Positions 1 through 17,600 of a stretch of DNA of 64,000 bases are shown here, piece by piece. The translations under genes and the position numbers were made by a program. The stretch spans positions 8,742,001 to 8,806,000 of the forward strand of contig OZ038379.1 of NCBI GenBank assembly GCA_964036045.1, given 5' to 3'. Below the pieces are notes generated by a model. The model saw only the letters and a program-made list of their open reading frames with translations. It made no database searches and was not told the DNA's origin. This stretch comes from Eutreptiella sp. 'Long Island Sound 2002' (Eukaryota > Protista > Euglenida). Every line of letters starts with the position of its first letter. The stretch's first letter is position 1.

Positions 1-310
1 CCCGCGCTGCGCCCCTGCTCAGCCCCGCGCTGCGCCGCTGCGCAGCCCACGCTGCGCCCCTGCGCGGCCCCACGCTACTGCGCCCCTGCGCAGCCCCACG
101 CTGCACCCCTGCGCAACCCCGCGCCCCGCCCCTGCGCGGCCCCATGCCGCGCCCATACGCGGCCCCACGCCGCGCTCCTCCGCGGCCCCACGCTGTACCC
201 CTGCGCGGCCGCACGCTGCACCCCTGCGCGGCCCCACACTGCTGCGCCCCTGCGCCGCCCCACACGGCTGCGCCCCTGCACCGCACCACGCGGCGCCCCT
301 GCGCAGCCCG
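1..310. repeat. GC-rich degenerate tandem repeat
   Basis: Recurrent cgcccctgcgc(a/g)gcccca-like units; the ORFs here are low-complexity artefacts. Confidence 0.7.
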
Positions 311-616
311 GGCAGGGAGCAACCCCCCCCCCCCCCTCAAGGAACGGCCGCCCTCGGGAGCCCTCGCCCGGCCCCCGAGGGCCTCCCGGGGTTCGCCCCA
401 GAGCCCGCCCGGCCCTTCCACGCCCCCCCTCACCAGCCGCGCCCAGAGGCCCGCCCGGTCTCCCCCGCGCCGGCCCACAACCACCAGGGACCCGGCCCCC
501 GGAGCCCCGGTGCCCAGCCCCGCCCGCCCCCCGGTATCCCTCCGCCGGGGCCCGTCCCGGTCCGGTTCGACCGCGAGGGGACGGCGTGGCGCTCCCCCCC
601 GCCTCCACCAGGATTC

Positions 617-816
617 NNNNNNNNNNNNNNNNNNNNNNNNNNNNNNNNNNNNNNNNNNNNNNNNNNNNNNNNNNNNNNNNNNNNNNNNNNNNNNNNNNNN
701 NNNNNNNNNNNNNNNNNNNNNNNNNNNNNNNNNNNNNNNNNNNNNNNNNNNNNNNNNNNNNNNNNNNNNNNNNNNNNNNNNNNNNNNNNNNNNNNNNNNN
801 NNNNNNNNNNNNNNNN
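617..816. other. Assembly gap (200 N)
   Basis: Run of N. Confidence 1.
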
Positions 817-924
817 CGTCGGCACACGCCCCGGCCAGCGTGACGCCGGCCGACTGCTCCCTTGCGCCCTGCCCAGGGAGAGCGTGTCTAGCAATTTCTC
901 CCGCCGGCACGTGCTGGGTGCCCT

Positions 925-934
925 CAACAACAAC

Positions 935-984
<50 letters not shown>
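925..984. repeat. (CAA)n followed by (TA)n microsatellite
   Basis: Directly visible. Confidence 0.95.
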
Positions 985-5280
<4,296 letters not shown>

Positions 5281-5283
<3 letters not shown>

Positions 5284-6433
5284 AGCAAGCAAGCAACAAG
5301 CAACAAGCAACAAGCAACAAGCAAGCAAGCACTTCTCCTTTCCGTTTTGGCCATTGCTCGGCCTCATCGCTCCGGGCTCTACTCTACTCTAGCCATCCTA
5401 GAGCCTAGGTGGTGCCCTTGCCAAAACCAAGTTTTGAGCCAAAAACTCACCGGTGGCGCCCCGGGGCGGGGGCGCCAAGTTTGGAGGTGCCCTCCCAAAA
5501 CTGCGCATTTCGTGCCTCAAAACAGCCTTTTTTGGCCCAAAACCGCCCCGAAACCCCGTCAAAACGGCCAGACGAAGGCAAACGGTTGCTACACTCCATG
5601 TGCGGCTTGACTTCACCGTGACCAAGAGCTCTTTGTTGCCCCCTAACTCCACGATATATCCGAGAAACGGCCCAAAAAGGCGCCAAAAAGCCCCAAAATT
5701 TGCGTCATGTGCACCAACACCCCGAAACCAAGAACGGGCCGTATCTTGGGCTACATGGCTCAAATCCGAATTCCGAGGGCACCTAGTCCACCCGCAACCC
5801 CCCACTTTTTGTGGTTTCCAAGCCTAAGAATCGCCCAACGAGCCACCTAGACCCCGGTACCAGTGGTCACTTGGTGGAGCTAGAGAGCAGCCCAGCCCGC
5901 GCACGGCGGAGGCCAACGGTGGGTCCACCAGGGTCCCCGGGGCGAAAAAAAAGCTTTTTTCCAAAGTTGTTCCTAGACCACTTGGGATGCTCAAACATGT
6001 GTTTTTAGCCCGTTTTGAGCCCGTGGTGACGCGTTTTGGGCCATTGAAAATCCCAAAATGCCTTGAAAAGGGGCCGTTTTGGGACCAAAAATGGGTCCAA
6101 AATGTGTCAAAAACGCATTTTTCCAAAGTGATCCTGGACCATTTGGGATGCCGAAACAAGTGTTTTTAGCCCATTTTGAGCCCATTTGGACGGGTTTTGG
6201 CCCATGGAAATCCCAATATTCCTTGAAAAGGGGCCATTTTGGGAGCAAAAAAGGGTGAAAAATTGGTCAAAAACACATTTTTCCAAAAGTGATCTTGGAC
6301 CATTGGGGGTGCACACACAAGTGTTTTGAGCCCATTTTGAGCCCGTTCCGCTACGTGTATGCACAAAGTTGTACCCTTCGCACGTACCTTAGAGTGGAGC
6401 CATGTAGAGTATGGGAGAGGGGTGTAGATTAGA

Positions 6434-6436
<3 letters not shown>
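5281..6436 (+). mobile_element. (TA)n-embedded non-autonomous element, copy 4 (left terminus missing)
   Basis: Begins directly in the CAAG microsatellite without the ttactacacccc terminus. Units start at about 5977, 6139 and 6299. Right end ggagaggggtgtagattagagga followed by (TA)n at 6437-6505. Confidence 0.85.
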
Positions 6437-6505
<69 letters not shown>

Positions 6506-6507
<2 letters not shown>

Positions 6508-7544
6508 GACAATCGCGTGACACTTCACTCCACAGTTCCCCTCAATAACCATTATCGGGAATACAATAACCCTCAACCCATTGTGTGGTAAGGTCACCGC
6601 CACCACAATCACCAACTCATCGCCGGTGCCGTGAAAAACGGGAAAACCGGGGGAAACGGTGAAAAATAGTGAAAACGGTGAAGAAAGGTGAAAACTGCTG
6701 AAAAATGGTGTTTGACAAGGTTCTTGTGCCTTCCCAATGCGTTGCATACAATAGACAACATCACTAACACTATTGCCATTTGTAATTCACTTTTTACGGT
6801 GCATTCACAAAACCGTTGAATCCAAATGAGACATTTGCTTTGTGCAAGCCATGTTGCATACTATATTGCTTCTCAGAGCGCACAATATTCCACACGGAGA
6901 ATGTATGCTGAGAATAACAAGAGGTGTGTGTGATGCACAATGTTTGGATTGCATATGCATACATGGTGGGCAACCGTTCTTTCATGCTATCCCACCACCG
7001 GTGAATATCAAAAATATGGGTGTCCTCGACAGGGGAGGCTTTGTACACCACCCAATCACCACTTTCAACCGACTGGGCATGCACGTTCTGAGGGAACATC
7101 AAAGGGTACATGTCAGGGTCGGTGGGCAGATTTGGCACTTGCCTTGGGTGCAACATGCGATCCTACTTTGCAAATTCCACGTGTTTGGAGACATATTTCC
7201 AAAGTTTCGCTTGCACTGCCCCCAGGCAGTCCAGAAACTGCTTGGTCCGGTGACCACCATCACAAGCATTCACATCACCGGCCGTTTCCTGGTGCAACCG
7301 CACATCTGTGAGGTCATGCAGTATGTTCTTACTCACCAATTCTGCGGCGCGGCGCAATGCAAACATTCTGGGGGATCCATGGTGCTATGGGAATGGACAA
7401 AGCCACATGCATATGCAAACACTCATCCCACCATGTGCTTGTTAAACTTTTTACAAACCTACTCACCACCAGTTACTGACTAAAAAACGGGCACATGGTG
7501 AACTCACCGAACTCACCAGCAAAGTCAGTGACGTTACAGCCCTG
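6506..7544 (-). mobile_element. hAT DNA transposon remnant
   Basis: Minus-strand terminus CAGGGCTGTAAC at 7544-7533 (hAT-like CAGG start). Internal transposase fragment present. The opposite TIR was not found; the element abuts (TA)n. Confidence 0.65.
6794..7366 (-). pseudogene. hAT transposase C-terminal fragment (dimerization domain), one in-frame stop
   Basis: RWWDSMKERLPTMYAYAIQTLCITHTSCYSQHTFS matches the hAT dimerization pattern WW..LP.L...A...L..P.TS...ER.FS. ORFs 7163-7366 and 6794-7156 are in one frame separated by a TAG. Confidence 0.75.
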
Positions 7545-7951
7545 GATTTTGTACCAGATGATGGTGATGGGGGGCACATTCATTGAGGGCGATTGTGTTC
7601 CAGACTGTGTACCAGATTGTGGTGGTCCATAGGATGGTGATTGCGGAGGATTATCCTAGATGATGGCAATGGAGGCGGTTGTGTATCGTTCAATGCAGAT
7701 TGAGGGTGATTGTGTAAAAGACGAACGCGGCTGAGGGCCATTGTGTGCCATACAGTGGTCATTAGGGTGGCATCAAATTTCTGCCTATGGGCTCCAGGCC
7801 TGGGACCACAGTGCGCAAATGAAGAGGACCGCATATTCAAGCAGACTTGCCAACTGATAGTCCCAAATAAATACGCAGCCAACACAATGCAGCGCAATGT
7901 AATGGGGGTTGAGTATGACTGTGCACCACATAATGGTGATGGAGAGGCATC

Positions 7952-10900
7952 TCAGCTGAGGCAGCTTGGGGGTCTACTTGGCATCATTTTGCCCTCGGAC
8001 ATTGATCTTCTGTCAGCCTGTCGGAAACCTTCTCATCACATCTTCTTGTTTGTGACGTCACAACAAAAACCCTGGCGCTGACAAAAACCATGGGTACCAG
8101 TTGTCCGGATGCACCCGTGGTTGTGGAAGGGGGGCCAGAGGATGCACACCTCCTTCCCGTTTGCAGCAACGTCCACATGCGCACCAAGGCGCGCCACAAA
8201 TGCCTGGACGATAATTTGATTCATGTCTACATCATCGACACTTAGAACCGTCATTTCTGCAAACTGCGGGGCGTTGTCCAGATGAGCGTTGCTCGACTTG
8301 ACGTCGCAGCTTTTCTCTGGACTTGGGTCGTCCTTGTCTGCAAGAGCTCTGTCATCAGTACCACTTTGCTTGAACAACGTCAGCAACATGTCCTTCAAAT
8401 TTGTTTGCAGTAGCGAGGATGTAACATGCCAGACATTGGTTGTCCCGACCATAGCGTCGGACACGTTTCCAACCAAAACCCATGGGAGACCTGCATTGAT
8501 ATTGAGCTCATGCAAATCAGTGTCAATGCCATTGAGAAGCGTGGATGCGCAAAGGACGACGTCAAACTTGTATTTCGGCTGGCGAAGCGTGCCCTCGTGT
8601 CTTGATGTCAGGAGAAGCTGGGCCACCTCCACTGAACGAACGGACACAACCTACACCAGACGGGGACAAAGCAGCATCGTGGTCATGTTATAATATAATT
8701 GAGTTGTGTTCTACTTGCCCTTCTGAAAATGCAGTGGGTCTGGGCGTGGTTGTAGCCGCGCAAGACGCACACAAACCCGCATGCCAGCACAATTGGTGCC
8801 ACTGGTGTCCCCAGGGCCAGATGGGTCACATTGCGCTTACAGTCTTGCAGTCTTGGGCATGCAGGAGGCAATTGCCACGTCCTGGGTGATGCAGTGGGCC
8901 GGTGCCGCTCCTGCTGCATGCAGCACCACCCCATACACACGCCAGTTGAGAATGACATGCCGATGCCCATTCCTTTGCCTATGCCACACCAATGCAATGC
9001 TCGCCTCATCACGCATCAGCCACAAAACACACGGTACAAGGCACCACATCACAAAGAGAGAAGCAGGACTGAGTGAAAACGACATAGGCCCACAAGACAC
9101 ACATTACACCAACATACTCCTCTACACAAATAACACTGTGTACGCTGCGCACCAGGGGGGGGTTCCTTGGGAGCAAGGAAGACACCTTGCCTGTGGTCTA
9201 TGTGGTTCTGAGTGGTGTGAAATCTGGCCTGGCTACGAATGGACAGCGGTTAGCAACGGACACCGATATGGCAATCGTTGTTCCTACCTCGCTTGCAGCA
9301 CGCTTGCAAGCAGATGATCCCGGTCAGTAACTCCAGGTAGTGGACGGTAATTTCATGTAGCCAGTCGGTTGGCTGGTTAGGCGGTACCTTCGAATTTGTC
9401 AGACGTGAACCCACCTGTTACTAAGGGGCGGCGCAGGACTGACGCCCACACAACTTCCACTGTGGGGGGTTTGATTTGTCAGTACAGGCAGGGGAAGGCA
9501 GCACCGATGGCTTGCCATCCGCTGCCTCGTCCCAGTCTGAGTGGTACGACAAGTCCCCCATGTGGTCCCGGACCGGTTGGTGATGGCAGTGGGCGGTAAT
9601 CCCCGGTTGTCGCCGATTAACCGATCGCAGTTGACAATTAACCGATGGCGATTGGCGGTTAGCACAAATTGCAGGGCAATGGGGAGGGAGGTGTTCAGCG
9701 TGCTTGAGACCAAAGGAAGACAACAACAGAAAGGGCTCCTGAAGCACCCCGCTGCCCAACAGTTGAATCGGTCATTGCTTGGCATACCTTCATCGCCAGG
9801 GACTCACAGTGTCCCCGCAAAATTTCCGTTTCGCCAAGACCGGAATCGATAATCAACGCGCTCTTCCCCTTTGCTTCAGGCGGCGGTAAGTGAACTGTGC
9901 CCTGGCTGCGGAGTGTAAAGAAGAATTTGGAGCCTTTGTCGGGAACACTGCTGAACTCCAGCTCCGAGTCCATTGCGTTCAGCAAGTGCCGGCAGATCAA
10001 AAGCCCCAGCCCCGTGCCGCCTGGTTGTCGGGAAATAGAACTGGTGACCTGGCTGAAAGCCTGCATCAGGTGCTTGCAGTCCTGCGGGCTGATGCCAACC
10101 CCTGTGTCCGCCACCAGGAACTGCACCTGCATTGCATCTTCGGTGTTCATGACCCGACACGTCAGTCTTACCGAGCCCTCCTTTGTAAATTTAACGGCGT
10201 TGGACAGCAAGTTAAGCAGGATCTGCCGCAACCGGTGGTCGTCCCCCTTGAGGGTGAGATCGTGAGGCAGTAGGTACCCCAGGTGCAGCTTGGCAGCCTT
10301 GGGCATCGCTGCAACTGTTGCAAGAGCGGACTCAATACACGTCCTCAGATCGAAATCGGCGATTTCCAATTCTAATTTGTGGTGCTGCATTTTCGCTAGA
10401 TCCAAAATGTCGTTCACAATCCTGCATGGGGCAGGAGAGGGCTTGCAGAGAATGATGGAGAAAGTGACCGAAAGCTCCACAGAGAAAACAGGTCGATTTC
10501 GGACCCCAGACACTGGGTTGTGTACAGGGGTGTGCATTTGGGAGGGAGGGGGGATGGGATTAAGTACAAAAAAGCCTACCTTTCACAGTAGCAACACTGT
10601 TTCCCCTGGGCATTCTCCATTTCTTGGAAAATTGCTGTGAACTCCTGCATAGCTGTCAATCCCGGGATGCCTGCGACTATTCCGAGAGGGTGTTGTTTCT
10701 TGCTGAAGGGTTGCTTTGAATCACTGAAGGGTTGCTCTGAAAATGAAACAAGCAAAATCATTGTCGATATTCAAGGGGGAGCGCCTGACGCAGCACGCGC
10801 AGGTGGCTATTTGGCAACACCTGTGCAAAAGGTGTTGTGCTGTCATTTGAATCTGTCCTCTCGCTGGGCACCTCTGCGGATGTACTTAAAGGGACCGTGA

Positions 10901-13044
10901 AGGGTCAGCAAGCCAGCCACCATTTCAAATATTACGAGGTGCGTGCCAATTGTATTGTGCTCTTGATTGTGCTATCTTTGTGGGAAAGAGGGGTGTTTAT
11001 GGCAGTTTTGTGGCCGAAGTGCTTGCTCTCCTTAAGGTCCATTTTGCGAGGGTGTCAAAGTGAAGCCATTCTGGGTGTACTCGCCAGACTTCTGGTTAGT
11101 GTGTATCCGCGTAACGTGAAATACACAAACAAAATTTCTGGGATACACAACCGGTCCAGAAAAGTTGTTTGGGATACACACATGGTACACACACAACAAA
11201 AGAAGAAGACATATATCTCGGTCATTCCCTTGAGAAGGGGTTTGTGGGTGTTAAAAGTGTGAGTAGCTTTGCTTGTTTCATGGTGTCCTGCAGACACCAA
11301 CAAATAGGACATCAGGATTGACATACAAAGAAAGACAGCGTCACAGTCAAAGACATATCAGATAATTGCTTACCAGGAATTGAACCACTGACTATGCATG
11401 CCCTCCCACCTTAAGCAAAAATCTGCCCGGTACACAAAAAAGGGTTACACACCTGATACACAAAAAAAAGGTCCGCGATACATCGGATACAGAAAAAAAT
11501 ATTTTTGGGATACGCGCTAGCCAAAAGACTGGTACTCGCTGCAAAGGCAGAGCGCCGTTTGTGTGGCGTGCGCATGGCGCCAAATACCCTTCTACCCCTA
11601 CCCCCCAAGCAACTGTTGTCTTTTGTTTGCACGCACCATGCAGACCATGCACCTAGGTCAATCACCCACACTTAGAAAAGTAGGGATATAAAACAGATGG
11701 AGTTTTAATGTTTGAAGATGTGCATGGGGACGGCCCATCTGCATGAATGACAGTGCTCGTAGGGGGAGTAGCAGGCACAGTACACGTGCCGGGCACTGTG
11801 CACGCATGCCGCACACACTGTGTGTACATTGGGGTTGTGTCAAGAGCCCATACCCCCCGTCTTTCTGTGACAGTTACAGGGCACTCCAGTCCAGTAATGA
11901 GAGCAGATTGAGGACTGTCTGGGGCCGCCCTGCAGCAATTGAACTACGGCCGTCACGGGGCCTTCGGCATTCTGGACTATCATGCCTGTCGATGAGGGAA
12001 CAAGGGTGTCCACAAGCACAAACATGAGGGTTGACAGCTGGGAATGGCACGTGTGTGTCGGCCACCACTTTCCTGCCGCTGGACGAAATTGTGCCAACCG
12101 CTTGTGTGGGGATTGAGGTTTGAAAAAGGCAACATGCCCCCCCTCCCCCCCCCCGCCCAAGGCTGAACGAAAGAAAGGTCCTCTCAACTAGGGCTACCAT
12201 GCACAAGCCAAAGCCGACATACCCGGAACCCTCAGCCAACAGGGGTGAGGGCTTAACACTTCACTGCCATCAGCACAATCATTCCCAGGACACCTCTCAT
12301 GCAAAAGAGGCTGCAAAGGGTTGGGGATGTAAGGAGGGTAGGGAAATCAAAAGGGCTGCAGATAGGGTGAGGTTACCGTAGATTTCCGTCCGCACAGGCA
12401 GCAATGTTGTCAACGTAACCCATTTGCTCAGACTTCGTCTTGATGGCGTGGTCGCTGGTGAGCGACTGCTTCAGCAGGGAAGTAAAGCTCAGGACGCCAT
12501 GTAGTGGAGTACGTAACTCATGGCTGATCTTGGCAACGAAGAGGCTGGCTTTCAGGTTCCGGTCAATCAAAGCACTGACGATATTGGCAAGGGCACCTGT
12601 GTTCTCCAGTAGGTTCTCAGAGATGGACTCATGCGCGATTGTGTCAATGCAACATAGCGACCCAAAGCAATGCGTCGTACTTGGAGGAATAATGGGATAC
12701 CCAATGTAACACCGCATTCCCGGTTCCCCGGTCACAAGGGGATTGTCGCAGAAAGAGGGGTGGGCTTCAGCGTTGAGGACAATAAGTGGCTTTCTGTTTT
12801 CGACAACATGGTCACAGAACGACACCATGCGGCTGATCTCAGGCACTTTCAGGCCAGTTCTGGCCTTGAACCACTGCCGGGTGTCATCCACCAGGGAAAC
12901 AAGGGCCATGGGGAAGCCCGAGATCCGACACAACATCTGCGTAATGTCATCGTACTCCTTCTCCTGAGGCGTATCAAGAATGGCTGCCTTTCGGAGCCAT
13001 TCCAAACGCTCAGCTTCATCAGATCGCCTTCTTGCGGGTGCCAT
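7952..13044 (-). CDS. GAF-sensor hybrid histidine kinase (GAF-HisKA-HATPase_c-pseudoREC-REC), spliced gene
   Basis: Exons 13044-12377, 10421-9788 and 8650-8150, with a tentative last exon at 8017-7952. Introns are GT-AG with matching phases (CG|GTAACC...CAG|G, AAG|GTATGC...TAG|GTT, GAG|GTGTGC). Motifs: ILDT..E..YDDIT/RQWFK (GAF), SHELRTPL (H-box), LLNLLSNAVKFT (N-box), DTGVGI and GGTGLGL (G boxes), VLSVDD..MNQ (REC). Confidence 0.9.
8150..8650 (-). CDS. Histidine kinase exon 3 (pseudo-receiver end, start of receiver)
   Basis: 501 nt, phase 0/0; ends TVLSVDDVDMNQIIVQAFVARLGAHVDVAANGKE|GTGTGC. Confidence 0.85.
9788..10421 (-). CDS. Histidine kinase exon 2 (HATPase_c)
   Basis: Acceptor catgcAG at 10424-10422; IVNDILD...NAVKFT...GGTGLGL; donor GTATGC at 9787. 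Confidence 0.9.
12377..13044 (-). CDS. Histidine kinase exon 1 (GAF + H-box)
   Basis: ATG at 13044 preceded by cccgtcAG; donor GTAACC at 12376. Additional upstream exons cannot be excluded. Confidence 0.9.
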
Positions 13045-14562
13045 AGCATAAAACCCTGACGGGTGCACAGAGGACTGCGCATGGGCGAGTCAGCAATTAG
13101 CTGAGGAGTGCAACGCAGTGCGAGCACCCTGCAGCTCCATCTCTGCCTGCCTCCGCAGACAACTTTTGCAGCAGGGAAATGGTGGGCAATGGAGGCAAAT
13201 GGGAAGGGAAGGAGGCGTGCGGGGCAGAGGGAGGGTTGCCATAAAGGCTGAGTAAGTGTGCCTGTTGGCACTTCACTGTTTTGGGTTGTTAGAGCCCTGG
13301 TGGCACAGGGGGGGGGGGGGTTGCTTTGAGATGGGACTGCACAGCGATTTCAACACTCAGAACGGCACCACGGCATGAAGGGCACTAGAAGTAAAATCAG
13401 GCTCAAGAAAAGAGTCCTCACAAGGCCATGGCCAACATTAGTGTGCCGCATTGGGAACAAAACTAGGTGTCATAGAATAAAGTGGATCCGGCAGGGCCAT
13501 AGCCAACGTTAGTGCCACCATTTAATTGGGAACTGGCCAAAAGAAGGATACGGAAACGGGCAGAAAGGATATCCACTCAAATGCACTCACGAAGACCGCT
13601 ACGTGCACTGGCATAAATGGAAATACTCTCTATGGCCACCAAGGCATTGGGATGCAGCCAATATACAAGCATGTTTATACGCTCCACCTTTGGTACACCA
13701 AATAGGAGGAGCAAAATATAGTACCAGAAGAAGCCTACAAAACATGCACCCGCAGAATGCATGTTTGTAGATGAGGTCAATCTTCATATCGAAGGACTTG
13801 GGCTTTGAACCAGGATTGGAGTTCCGCTGACAAGCCTTGGGCAACTCAACCACCAGCCAGTTGCCCAGCTTATTGCTGAATTGCTGGCCACGCTCCAACT
13901 GGCCAGATATATCTTTGGGGTAGCTATCCGGCACCTTGCGCCACTCTCCACGGATGAGGACCTTTGGACAGGTGCCCTCCTCTGTCCTTAAATTGTTTCT
14001 GCCCCCATGGGCCTGGCACTTGCTGCCTTGCCCCGGGGCCTAGCACCCCCCCCCCCCCCACTCCCGGACGCCACACTCCGGAATGGCTATGGAAGGTTGC
14101 GCCCTCGGCTCTGGGTCTTCCACGTTTTGCTCAAAGGAGGCATCCTTGCCTTTGAGTGCACCTTCAACTTGGGTGCGGGGGGGGGGGGGGGGCATAGAAG
14201 GGCAAGGAAGCCGAGTCACCGTTTCCAAATCATCACCAGGTGGTTCAGTGACCCACACATCGCAATTGGCATTAACAATGCCCAACACAAAGTCAACAAA
14301 ACCCGGAGGCATTGGGGTGAGGCGAACATCCGAAAAAGAACCCGATGATCCACCACCAGGTTTGTGAGGTGCAGGCTCTCAAAATCACAAGACCAACCGT
14401 TCCTTTAGAATCCAAAGGCGCGGTGCTTGGGTGTAAAGCCGTGCTTCTTGAGCGCCGCTAAGAAAAGGCGGATCAAGGAAATGGAGCTTAAGGGCTCCCA
14501 ATCCCACATGATGAAACACTCCAACCGGACACGACAATCGAACCAATACACACAAACCAATG

Positions 14563-14646
14563 CCATATCCCCAACGAGAAAGGGTCCAGTCCATATCCCC
14601 AACCGGAAAGGGGCCAATCCATATCCCCAACCGGAAAGGGGCCAAT
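14563..14646. repeat. 28-bp tandem repeat x3
   Basis: Unit ccatatccccaaccggaaaggggccaat. Confidence 0.9.
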
Positions 14647-17600
14647 GCTTCAGAGCAAGGGACAAAATCAGGCGGTGGCCCACAAAGGGGAAGATTGGCT
14701 GCACGCCCACTGCCGTCCGGGGGGGGGGTGGGGGGGGGGATTCAGAGCGGAGGACAAAAACAGCAGTGGCCCACATGTGGGCAGATTGGCGACATCACCC
14801 AAGCGTGTAATTTCTTTTTGGGGTAAAATCATGTAACTTTGCGGTAAACGCAAGTACTCGCAATTACTAGCTTACTGGCAATAACAACAACAATAACAAT
14901 AACAATAACACGACGTGACATTTTTTCTCTTACTCGCATTTACAGCAAAAAAACGCGAATTGCATTATACACCTACTAATTTGTTGAGGATTACAAACGA
15001 CCACTGTACCTAGGTCAGGGAGTAACTACCATTTGGATCTGCGACTGAGAAACATTCCGTCCGATATCGAAAATAGAAAAAAAAAGACATCCGAATCAAA
15101 TGTGGTGGGTCTCTTGTACGAATTTGCAAACCTATAGAGTGTACGCTCAAATATACTATGTCACCAGATCGGCTTTCTCTCATTAGTAGGCTAAGAGCTT
15201 TGCTCGCCATGTATTGGGCCGCATCTAATGTGCTGGAACGACCATTTCAGATCCACACACAAGACCATGAAATGAAATTCCAATGCCTTCAACAGTGCAG
15301 CTCGAAGAGAGGGTGACAGTCAGCTAATCAGTCAGTTAGTCAGGCAGGCAAGCAGTCAGTAAGACAGTCAGTCGGGCAAGCAGGCAGGCAGGCAGGCAGG
15401 CAGAAACACACAGTTTGGGGTTTTTCAGTGGCGGGTCTCGGCTACAAGCAGCGGGGAGCTTGTCAGTATCCACAGCAAGCTATGGTTGAATGGTAATGCA
15501 ATTCACCGCCAACTTGCAGAGCGGTGGCTCGAATCCCGTCTGGCCGGCGGTGCCGGCGGTGCCGATCGACCTGTCAGCTTTGCCAAATCTGACCCTCGTT
15601 CAAATCCTTCTGAGCACCAACTTTTGCCCCCCCCCCGCCCCCCGCCCGCCCCCCAAAATGTGATATCCAGTTTCAGGGGATAGAGGCCTCAGAATCAAAA
15701 AATCCATTGGGGGATCGTTTTATTGGGCAAAATAATGATTTTACAAGGGGACATCCTATATCATGCCTTGGGGTCTGCTACGGGAATAACCCCCAAAAAG
15801 GAGGGTATACGACGCATGTGCCTTGATCTAACAACCCCTCTTTGAGGTGATTCCCAACAGAGCCACGACACTGGGCAGAGGAAACTTGGTGAGCTTTTCT
15901 ATGCTGTTGTGTGCCTGCATGGTGCCCCCATAATACCAGAACAGCATGCACGCTTGCGCAACGGAGAAAAACCGGGGAGGTGGTCTAAAAGATGATTCTG
16001 GGGGCCAGAGCCCATATGCGCCGACTATACGGCCCCCCTGGGGACCACCCGCCAGGCTACTTCTGCACAGTGTCTTGTATAATCTGACCGGACTAAAGAC
16101 GTGTGTCTACCTCGCCCTGCCTCTCAACCTTTCCCCTCCCTCGCAACCCCCAACAATCACAGAACCACCGATTCCTTGCAAGACAAATCATTGAAACGCC
16201 GCACTGGCACATTTGACAACATGCACATTGTCTCACAGAACAAGTCCATACACTTGCAAACAGCAAGTATGTGGAAGAACACCGTGTTGATACCACCAGC
16301 ACCACTAAAAGCAGAAGGCAAATGAGAATGAGCACTGAAGCCCCGTTTCTGGATCATATCATACAACAATCGCAAAGGAGGTCAGAGGTTAGAAAAGGCA
16401 CTTCGCAACCTCAAAACACAGTGGCAACCACGGAAAGGTTCCACACTGAGAATTCAGATGCGTGTCATCGGGCGAATCCTCATGCACCAAGCAGTTAGGT
16501 GCTCACGCTCCAGCAGAATGCAGCAGAAAGAGCGCACGCAAGCAAGATGCCACATGGTAATGGGGTGCAGAAGGGAAGGAATGCAGATTACGGAGCTTAG
16601 CCCATGGGTTAGGTGTGAACAGGCCGCCAATCGCCAGACGACGTATGCTGTGGATGCATGAGGGCCCCACTTCACCGGTAGAGCAAGAGGCTCCTGGCAG
16701 TGAGACCCAGGTTTGGTGGAAGGTGGCTTGGCCAGCCCTGTTTGCAGCCCGTTGGGCTGTCTGACATCCTGCTGTGTGATATGTAGAGACAGTACGGAGC
16801 ACAACACGACGCGGCATCCACAATGGCTCAATGTAACACCATCCGGGCCTGTGCACAAACCAATAGATGGGCGGTTGACGACGTTGAACGTGCACGTGAC
16901 CTTCGACTGCTACTCCACAGTCTCCCATCACCATCCCTGCCTCCAACCCGGTGGTGCGCACAAAAGAAGCAACGGGACGCGTTGGGACGTGGTTGTGCAA
17001 CGGCTGCCGCATGTGGGAAAAGGAACACAAAACTGTGAAGAGGATCAGCGACTTTGAGCTCAAGCGAGACTCGAAGGAAAGGTCGGAGAGGTACACAGCC
17101 GTGTGCACGACGATTCAATTCCAAACCGGCTGCCAGGCGTCCTTTTCCAAAGAAGACACGGAAACCAGCAGCCAACCCCACCCACGAAACAATGTGCCGG
17201 CGCTTGGCTGCGGGCCCTGGCTGCAGTGCCCTGGCGGGAGTGCGACTCCCGCGACTTTCAAAAAGCGATTGGATCACCATAATGCACGTCTGAATGCCAC
17301 CATCCACGAGGCTAACCCTCCCAGTGGATCGCAGGCAAGCCCTGGCTGCAGAACAGATGACGCCACGAAGGGCCAGCACACGACCCAGGGTTCATCTCCA
17401 GTCCCCATCTGCCACGGGACGCCTTTGCCTGCCTCACGCACGCTCTCGCCCGTGGGGCCGGTCATGTGGCCACCTTTTTCGAGGCGAAACCGCGCGTTGG
17501 TTGAATGCGGGGGCGATGAGGGGGGCATGGCCGTCACACGCACCGGGGGCGAACAACCGTCGTCCCCCGCTGCGAGCCCCCGTGGCAGTACCTGGGGAAG

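Noticed and set aside
13344-13356. TTCTGAGTGT on the minus strand resembling the euglenid spliced leader
   Set aside because: Only ~10 nt match, with no SL intron or Sm site context.
13760-14345. Protein-like minus-strand frames (GEWRKVPDSYPKD..., PPGFVDFVLGIV...) upstream of the kinase
   Set aside because: No recognisable motif and no convincing splice sites linking them to the kinase; left unresolved.
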